From a virus (lineage: Duplodnaviria; Caudoviricetes): a DNA stretch of 50,230 nt. The stretch covers positions 1 to 50,230 of the IMG/VR virus record IMGVR_UViG_3300027743_000008. The stretch is one strand, 5' to 3'. The translations under genes were made by a program, and so were the position numbers. The notes beneath the pieces are model-generated. The model did no database searches. It saw nothing but the letters and a program-made list of their open reading frames with translations, and was not told the DNA's origin. This document shows, in pieces, positions 1 to 6,316 of the stretch. Position 1 is the first letter of the stretch, and every line of letters starts with the position of its first letter.

Positions 1-104
1 GCCTTGGAGGCGTCGCCATCGGCCTTTGCCTCTCCATCGGCCTTGGAGGCGTCGCCATCGGCCTTTGCCTCTCCATCGGCCTTGGAGGCGTCGCCATCGG
101 CCTT
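1..104. repeat. 39-bp tandem repeat (about 2.6 copies) at the contig join, coding ADGDASKADGEAK repeats on the minus strand
   Basis: Unit gccttggaggcgtcgccatcggcctttgcctctccatcg at 1-39, 40-78 and partially from 79. Confidence 0.95.
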
Positions 105-818
105 ACCGCCGCGTGGGTTGCCTTCCGGCCCGTCGCGCTTGGCAGGCGCGGAACCGGCGGCAAGACGGCGTTGGATTTTGCGGGCGATTTCCAGCACGTC
201 GGCGGTTGATTGCGCCCTGTCCAGTTGCGCCATCGTCCAGTCGACGAGGCGGCGCGTCGACGGCGACAGCATGGCGTCATAACGGGCGACGTCGGCAATG
301 GCATAACCGCACAACCGGACGCGCCCGAACATGGCCAGCGTCCAAGGCAATTGCAGCATATCGTTGGGATCGTAGGACGGTGGACATTTGGCCGTCGCCC
401 AAACCATCAATTCAGTGAGCAAATCGGCCGAATTGCCAGCGGTCCCGGCGCGGTTGAATTCGCGCTCGATGCGGACGTCTTCCATGCCGTTGACGAGCGC
501 CTGCAAGCTTTCGGCAACCGCCAGCGACCATGACGTTTCATCCGTGTAAACCGCATGGCACAACTCATGAATGAAATACGCAATCCAGCGGTTTAGCTCG
601 ACTTTGGTGAGACGATGTTGCGCAGGCGCGACCGGGAAATAGACCGTCGCGTTGATCAATCCAGATGCGATGTCGCGGTTGTGCCTGATGAACGCGGTTC
701 CGAATTGCGCGTCCGCCATGACCTCGACGGTTCCGGCCTTGCCGGTTGCGATGTCGAGGAAAAGCTTGATGTTGCGCTGCATTGCGTCAAGCGCGTCCGG
801 TAATGCTATCGTTTGCAT
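1..818 (-). CDS. 5' part of a CobT-like protein with an N-terminal HExxH zincin domain; continues across the join into 50230..49140 (about 603 aa in total)
   Basis: Not in the ORF track because it runs off the edge. My translation: ATG at 818 after GGAGAG gives MQTIALPDAL...YFIHELCHAVYTD...LVNGMEDVRIERE. It is in frame with ORF 49140..50078 once the 97-bp overlap is removed. Confidence 0.85.
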   Translation of the reverse strand, partial: MQTIALPDALDAMQRNIKLFLDIATGKAGTVEVMADAQFGTAFIRHNRDIASGLINATVYFPVAPAQHRLTKVELNRWIAYFIHELCHAVYTDETSWSLAVAESLQALVNGMEDVRIEREFNRAGTAGNSADLLTELMVWATAKCPPSYDPNDMLQLPWTLAMFGRVRLCGYAIADVARYDAMLSPSTRRLVDWTMAQLDRAQSTADVLEIARKIQRRLAAGSAPAKRDGPEGNPRGGKADGDASKADGEAKADGDASKADGEAKADGDASK

Positions 819-846
819 TTTTTCTCTCCGATATGATTTGGCCGTT

Positions 847-917
847 GCGTTTTTCAGAAACGCCTAGGCGTTTTAAAACGCAAAATGCCGCTTGTCAATC
901 TGACAAGCGGCATTTTG
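847..917 (-). promoter_or_regulatory. Palindrome cluster containing a candidate sigma70 promoter for the cobT-like gene
   Basis: 17-bp inverted repeat caaaatgccgcttgtca-atc-tgacaagcggcattttg at 881-917. On the minus strand, TTGACA (898-893), 17 bp, TAAAAC (875-870). Confidence 0.5.
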
Positions 918-944
918 TCGAAACCCACCTAAGCGGGCGCTACA

Positions 945-2417
945 TTATTGCACGTCGACGACGCCAAAGCCGGTGACACGCGTGCTCACGGCGACGACAG
1001 GCTGCCCGTCCAATTCGGCCTTGAACGCCACGGCGTTGAAATCCGCCCGGAACGCGGCGTGTATCGTGGCGCGTTCCGCATCGGGCAACCGGGACAACAC
1101 GCAATCCTCGAAAGCTTCATCAATCTTGTAACCATCAAGGCTCATTTCGACGAAAGCGATCTGTCTCCGGAGCGACAACGGGACGTTTTCGAAACCGGGC
1201 AGTTTCCGGGCCAGGTTGATGAACGCCACCACGCGTTCACACGCCGCCTTGGGCGCGAACGTGTGATTTGCCAATGCCTGCGCCTCTAAAGCAGGGTCCA
1301 GATAGTCGACAACGATCATTCGCGCCATACGGTCGACCAGCGCCGCATTGGCCATATGCGTGCCAGCGTAAAGGCCGCTTTCGTCGCCGAAACCGCGTGT
1401 GTTGTCGGCGCAAACAAAACAGACGCCGTCCGCGCAACGAACGACTTCGCCCGTCGGCAACGTGATGCGGCGCGACGAAAGCAGGGTCTGCAACATGGCC
1501 GCGATGCCGGGAGGCGCGAACGTGATTTCGTCCAAAAGAATGATCATTCCCGGACGGCGGATTGCGCGTGTCAGCACGCCGTCCACCCAAACGGTTGCGC
1601 CGTTCACAAGGCCGTTGCCGCCGATGATATCGGCGGGCTCGACGGCCCGTTGGAACGTGATTTCAGTGTAGGGTCTCCCGGCACGCGCCGCGATCTGCTC
1701 CGGGAGGGTGGACTTGCCGGTTCCGGCCGGGCCAGCGAGCCATACGTTGCGCGGCACGCGTGGCAAGGCCGGATCGATGGCGCTGACAAGCTTGGAAAGT
1801 GTCAGCACGTCCGGAACGTGGAACGGATCGACGTCCGGCACGCCGTCGCTCGACTGCCATACGGAAATCGCCTTGTCGGCGTGCTTCATGCGGGACGAAA
1901 TGCCGAAAAGCTTTCCGATGGTCGACGCGCCGACACGCGCCGCCGGAACGAACGCGGGCGCGACGGTTGCGCCAGTGCTGTCGACGGTGACGGTTACCGT
2001 CTTTTCGACGATACGTTCCCGCTCGATCTCAACCGCTGGCTTGTTGGCAAGCGCGACAATCGGAGACAGCGCGTCGGTTACCGTTGCGAGTAGCGACGCG
2101 GACAAAAACGGCCGCAACGGCGACAGCACGGTTTCGGCCATGTCGCTGGCATCGGCTGCGGGCGCGTCGATCAAGGTTTCCGTCTCGGTTTCCGTCTCGC
2201 TTTCGTCCGATATGGCGTCATGCCATCCTGTCGCCATGTTCAGCACATTGGCGACATCGTCGCCTAGATCGAATTCGGCAACCGCCTTTGCGAGCAACGG
2301 GCCGTTCAACTGCCGGGACGCGAAACCGCCGTTGCGCGCCCGGAAGGCGTCAAAGCCGGAATGCTTTCGTACAAGGGCGCGGACGGCGTCGCGCTGTTGC
2401 TGATTTAGCTTTTGCAT
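945..2417 (-). CDS. CobS-like MoxR-family AAA+ ATPase
   Basis: Walker A GPAGTGKS, Walker B ILLDEI, ADNTRGFGD and NAALVDRM motifs; adjacent to the vWA partner gene. Confidence 0.88.
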   Translation of the reverse strand: MQKLNQQQRDAVRALVRKHSGFDAFRARNGGFASRQLNGPLLAKAVAEFDLGDDVANVLNMATGWHDAISDESETETETETLIDAPAADASDMAETVLSPLRPFLSASLLATVTDALSPIVALANKPAVEIERERIVEKTVTVTVDSTGATVAPAFVPAARVGASTIGKLFGISSRMKHADKAISVWQSSDGVPDVDPFHVPDVLTLSKLVSAIDPALPRVPRNVWLAGPAGTGKSTLPEQIAARAGRPYTEITFQRAVEPADIIGGNGLVNGATVWVDGVLTRAIRRPGMIILLDEITFAPPGIAAMLQTLLSSRRITLPTGEVVRCADGVCFVCADNTRGFGDESGLYAGTHMANAALVDRMARMIVVDYLDPALEAQALANHTFAPKAACERVVAFINLARKLPGFENVPLSLRRQIAFVEMSLDGYKIDEAFEDCVLSRLPDAERATIHAAFRADFNAVAFKAELDGQPVVAVSTRVTGFGVVDVQ

Positions 2418-2530
2418 GGTCGTTCTCTCATTCGGTTTTGGTCAATCGGCAATTGGCTTTGCCGCCCGGCAGACATCCGCCGGAAAATCACCATTACTAA
2501 AAAATGTAGCGGGAGACAACACATTTTTTC

Positions 2531-2720
2531 GACGTCTCCCGTCGCGCTCGGCGCTCGGCGCTCGGCGCTCGGCGCTCGGCGCTCGGCGCTCGGCGCTCGG
2601 CGACGGGAGACGGGAGACGGGAGACGGGAGACGGGAGACAGCCTCGCACGGGCGCGGGCGCGTCGCGCCGCAGGCGCGGGCGCGTCGCGCCGCAGGCGCG
2701 GGCGCGGGCGCGAGCGCCCG
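2531..2720. repeat. Non-coding GC-rich short tandem repeats: (GCGCTCG)x8, (GACGGGA)x5 and a duplicated GGCGCGGGCGCGTCGCGCCGCA
   Basis: Read directly at 2544-2599, 2602-2636 and about 2651-2710. Confidence 0.92.
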
Positions 2721-2739
2721 GCCCGGCAGGGGCCAGAAC

Positions 2740-2857
2740 CGAAATCCCCTATAGCAAAATCTGGAAATCCGAATTTTCCATGAAACCGAACGGTTTCGAA
2801 ATCTCCTATAGGAACTCCCCGAAATCCGAATTTTCCAGGAAACCCGACGCTTTCGAA
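2740..2857. repeat. Imperfect 57-bp direct repeat (2 copies), AT-richer than its surroundings
   Basis: cgaaatc(c/t)cctatag...gaaatccgaattttcca(t/g)gaaacc...tttcgaa starting at 2740 and at 2797. Confidence 0.85.
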
Positions 2858-3528
2858 CGGTGGGCGTCGCGGTGGCACTCGATGCAAAGCAGCTCCAGAC
2901 GGCACTTGCCGTCATGGAACTCCCGCCAACGCGATGCGCTGTCCGGATCGACGAATTTCGCCTGCGCCCCGCCACGGTCGGTTTTAGGCTCTCCCCAGAA
3001 CAGGGTCTCCTTTTCGACCCAGACCGCCAGCAACTCGCACAGCGTCACGCCTATCGAGTGATGCACGTCGAGCGCATCGCCGGACGACACCCGCCCGCAC
3101 GTCTCGCATCTGTCTCCTCTTCCCGCCCGGTAGGCGTCTATCGTCGGCTGCACCGCCCTTCTCGCGACCTGCACCATGAAGCTGCGATCCGAGCGCCTCG
3201 ACAACGCGCTCCTCCACGCGAACCCGTCGGCGAGAGACCCGTCCCTGTAGTGGACACGCACGGCGCGAGAGTTATCAAAACGAGGTCCAGCACGCGCTCC
3301 TTCGATGACCGCCATCTCGTTGGCCGTGATGATGTCGAAATGATCGATGTTGTCGAGCCTCCTCGAACTGTTGGTGTTGGTATGCCGCATCGCCACCAAC
3401 GCAGAAAAAAGTTCATGCCCGTGTCCAGTCAACGGTTGATGCAAGGGTTGGGCGCGCACGAAGGCGAGGACGTAATCTCCGGCAGCCTTCTTGGATGGAA
3501 ACTCCATATCGGCTATTTTGATCTGCAT
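2806..3528 (-). CDS. DCL/DUF3223-like protein with a C-terminal HNH-type Zn-binding nuclease fold
   Basis: N-terminal FPSKKAA...RH...DGS..F.W pattern; CETCG...LDVHH...W.EFH...LLCIECH. Confidence 0.6.
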   Translation of the reverse strand: MQIKIADMEFPSKKAAGDYVLAFVRAQPLHQPLTGHGHELFSALVAMRHTNTNSSRRLDNIDHFDIITANEMAVIEGARAGPRFDNSRAVRVHYRDGSLADGFAWRSALSRRSDRSFMVQVARRAVQPTIDAYRAGRGDRCETCGRVSSGDALDVHHSIGVTLCELLAVWVEKETLFWGEPKTDRGGAQAKFVDPDSASRWREFHDGKCRLELLCIECHRDAHRSKASGFLENSDFGEFL

Positions 3529-3591
3529 TATTTTTTAACCCCCTCACCGCGCCCCCGCCAGACCTCCCGACATGGATAAGTACCGGCACGC

Positions 3592-3720
3592 CAACTCTAC
3601 AAACTGAACCCTACAGTAGCGGCTTGTGCGAGACTGTCGAGTTGGGAGGCCCCCTTTAGGGGGACCAACTCGACATCGCCGAAAGTTCAACTCTACACTA
3701 TGTAGAGTTCAACTCTACAC
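3592..3720. repeat. Iterated CAACTC(T/G)ACA motif in direct and inverted orientation; candidate replication origin
   Basis: Direct copies at 3592, 3666, 3688 and 3710; inverted copies at 3636 and 3701. Lies immediately downstream of the primase-helicase gene. Confidence 0.6.
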
Positions 3721-6081
3721 AACCTCGAAACCCCCTCCGATAACCACCATCGGGGCCTTCCTTCCGGTGTCTGTATCGACCACCTGTTCGACCGTTATGA
3801 CACCCATATTTGACATTTTTTCTATGATCTCGGCAGCCTTTTTAACCGATACGCCCAACACCCTATGCACGGATTTTGCTCCCGTGTTGTTGACGTTCGA
3901 GCCATAGACCCGCATCTGCTTCCCGGCTGCCGCAGCCTCTTCCAGAAGATCGCGCCACGCCCGCACCTGTGCCATGTCGTTGATCGACTGCGTCGGCACC
4001 AGAGGCACCAGTATCGGTGTCTCCTGCATCACCATCTTGGTCGGGTCGACCGCATCGTGAGATGCTATCTGCACCGTGATCTGTTCGTACCAGCAGGCGA
4101 CGTAGCGGGCCTTGTCGTCGTTTGCCTTGGCCACGTACTCGACGATGACCTGCCGCCCCATCCATCCGAACTCCTCGATCTCCTTGGCGGTCGCTGGCGT
4201 CAGCGTCAGCGCGCCCCGGACGGCCCCGGTGATGCCGGTTGATCCCCGGATCGAGATGATCGACCTGTCTCCTGCTGCCGCAGCTTCCTTGTTGACGTGG
4301 TGGACGAACGTCACCGACGCCCAGAACGTCTTGGCCAAGCGATCCAGAAACGCCATGACCGGAGAGATGTCCTGCGCCGCGTTCTCGTTGATGCCGGTCA
4401 CCGACGTCGCCATCGTGTCGACCACTATCATCGCGATGTCCCTGCCGGACCTGACATACTCCAGCACGGCTTCGAGGATTTCGAGACAGGAGACCTGCCA
4501 CGCCTTGCCGTCGAAGTTGAGCAGCGCCGACTTCAGCGGGATGATCTCATGCGCCGGGGTGGCGCTACCAAGCCCGTGATGGTCGAGCCACGCTTGGGCG
4601 CGACGCTTGATCAGCCCCTTCCCGTCCTCGTTGGAGATGTAGATTATGTCTCCCGCGAATTGCAGCTTGCCGTGGCCGTAGCGGATCAGGTCCGGTCGGT
4701 TGTAGGTGATCGCCAGCGCCTGATTGAGGATCAGCAGGGACTTGCCCAGTCCGGGCATTCCGGCCAGCACCGTAAGGATGCCGCGCTCGTAGGGTGTGAC
4801 GACGACCGGCGGCGCGACCGTGCCGGACTTCAGCGCCTCGCGCAGTGTCTGGACCTTGCCGCCATTGGTCCAGTTGGCGCTGTCTCCGTTCCTGTGGTGA
4901 TCCGGGATGGGTTGGGTCTTGGCGATCTCGGCGAGCAGCTCGTCGAGCTTCTTGCCAGCCGCCTTGGCCTCGGTGTCTCCCTTGCGCTCCGGCATCGGGA
5001 TTTGGTCTTCCTCGACTACCCCAAATGCTCCTCCATCCGCCGCGAATACCTGCGCGGCTTTCTGTCTCTCCGGGCTGTCCGGCCCGTGTATGCCCTCGAT
5101 CAAGCGCCGCAGCGTCGTCGCCGACGATGTCGTCCCGGAAAAGCTGTCCCATGTCTTCTCGGTGGATTTCCCGATGTCGTGCTTCTGCGACTGCCGCGAC
5201 CAGTCCTCGAACACAGCGTACCCGTCGGGTGAGCCTTCCGACGCCCCGTGGACGCCCATGCCAACGGCGATCCAGCGGTCATAGTCGTCGTCGTTGGGGA
5301 TCAGCTCGACCAGCTTCCTGATGGCGTCCGGGGGGAGCGTCTCCATGCCGGGGAGCCTTGGGATGCCCTTGTTCCACGACTGCCCAGCCGGGTCTTTGCC
5401 TCTAACCTCGGTGCATCCGGCCGCTTCCAGCACATCAGGTAACCTCGACCAGAACTCCGCGATAGCCGAGACAGGAACGCGCGGCAGCGTCGCCATCGTG
5501 ATCTGGCCATCGACGACGTACTTTCCGCCCTCGGCGTATTTTCCCCGGATCACCGTCTGCCGCCCGTCGCCGATGATCTGCACCTTCTGGGCATCGCCAC
5601 CCGCTGGAGGAACGAAACCGATATCGACGGAGCCGAGCGAGACAGGCTTCCCGGTGCCGTCGTCGATCACCACGCAGATCGCGGTCTTCTTGATGTGCGG
5701 CCTTCCGTCCGAACGCTTGACGCCGCGTTGCGGCAGGAACGGGCCGAACACGTCGCATTCCAGCGCGTCGACCAACTCCATCACGGCCGGGTCGGTGATG
5801 TCCTTGTCGATGCCGAGGAAGCCGCCGACGCCGCCGCGCAGCCCGACGCCGCAGCCGCCGACGTCCCACGCCTTGGCTTCTTCGAGAGTGGCGGGAGGGC
5901 GCTGCGACCAGCCGAACATCGGATCGCCGGGAGCGCCGGGTTTCTTGCCGCCCGGAACGATTGGGATCATCTGCGCCGCGAAACCGGCGTTGAACGCCTG
6001 TTCGTTCAAACCCAGATTGGTGCGCAGCGGAACGGTGTTGGCCACTTGCGGTGGCGAGTCAGGTGTTCTATCTCTGGACAC
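3715..6081 (-). CDS. Primase-helicase (bifunctional PrimPol N-domain, PriCT-2, AAA_25/RepA-type helicase)
   Basis: IPIVPGGKKP and GIDKD PrimPol motifs; YDRWIAVGMG...FEDWS PriCT-2; GMPGLGKS, IVVDT, VHHVNK and RGSTG helicase motifs. Start moved to the GTG at 6081 after AAAGGA. Confidence 0.88.
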   Translation of the reverse strand: MSRDRTPDSPPQVANTVPLRTNLGLNEQAFNAGFAAQMIPIVPGGKKPGAPGDPMFGWSQRPPATLEEAKAWDVGGCGVGLRGGVGGFLGIDKDITDPAVMELVDALECDVFGPFLPQRGVKRSDGRPHIKKTAICVVIDDGTGKPVSLGSVDIGFVPPAGGDAQKVQIIGDGRQTVIRGKYAEGGKYVVDGQITMATLPRVPVSAIAEFWSRLPDVLEAAGCTEVRGKDPAGQSWNKGIPRLPGMETLPPDAIRKLVELIPNDDDYDRWIAVGMGVHGASEGSPDGYAVFEDWSRQSQKHDIGKSTEKTWDSFSGTTSSATTLRRLIEGIHGPDSPERQKAAQVFAADGGAFGVVEEDQIPMPERKGDTEAKAAGKKLDELLAEIAKTQPIPDHHRNGDSANWTNGGKVQTLREALKSGTVAPPVVVTPYERGILTVLAGMPGLGKSLLILNQALAITYNRPDLIRYGHGKLQFAGDIIYISNEDGKGLIKRRAQAWLDHHGLGSATPAHEIIPLKSALLNFDGKAWQVSCLEILEAVLEYVRSGRDIAMIVVDTMATSVTGINENAAQDISPVMAFLDRLAKTFWASVTFVHHVNKEAAAAGDRSIISIRGSTGITGAVRGALTLTPATAKEIEEFGWMGRQVIVEYVAKANDDKARYVACWYEQITVQIASHDAVDPTKMVMQETPILVPLVPTQSINDMAQVRAWRDLLEEAAAAGKQMRVYGSNVNNTGAKSVHRVLGVSVKKAAEIIEKMSNMGVITVEQVVDTDTGRKAPMVVIGGGFEVV

Positions 6082-6316
6082 AGGTGAAGTTCCTTTCGTG
6101 GGAGTTAAACCTTGGCAGTGTCGTCTTTGGCTAGAAGGCATTGTTAGCACGGGTTTCGTGAGCCGGTTAGGTTTTTTGAGTTCTCTCCCCTGACCGGATG
6201 CCGCGATGCCCCAGAGGCGGGACCATCTGCTTTGGTCGGCGGACCCCACCTCGCCCCTTTTCATGACGGCTCGCGATGCCCCCGCTCGCGAGCCGTTTTG
6301 CTTTCCGGGTCAGAGC

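Noticed and set aside
945-2417. Cobalamin biosynthesis auxiliary metabolic genes
   Set aside because: No cobN or other cob genes are present, and the partner has a zincin motif. A generic MoxR-vWA chaperone pair fits better.
2544-2857. CRISPR array
   Set aside because: The repeats are contiguous with no unique spacers, and no cas operon is present. The Cas4-like DUF2800 gene belongs to the replication module.
2405-2975. ORFs crossing the repeat block
   Set aside because: The translations are simple repeat read-throughs (RRAPSAE, SRLPSPV) with no evidence of coding.
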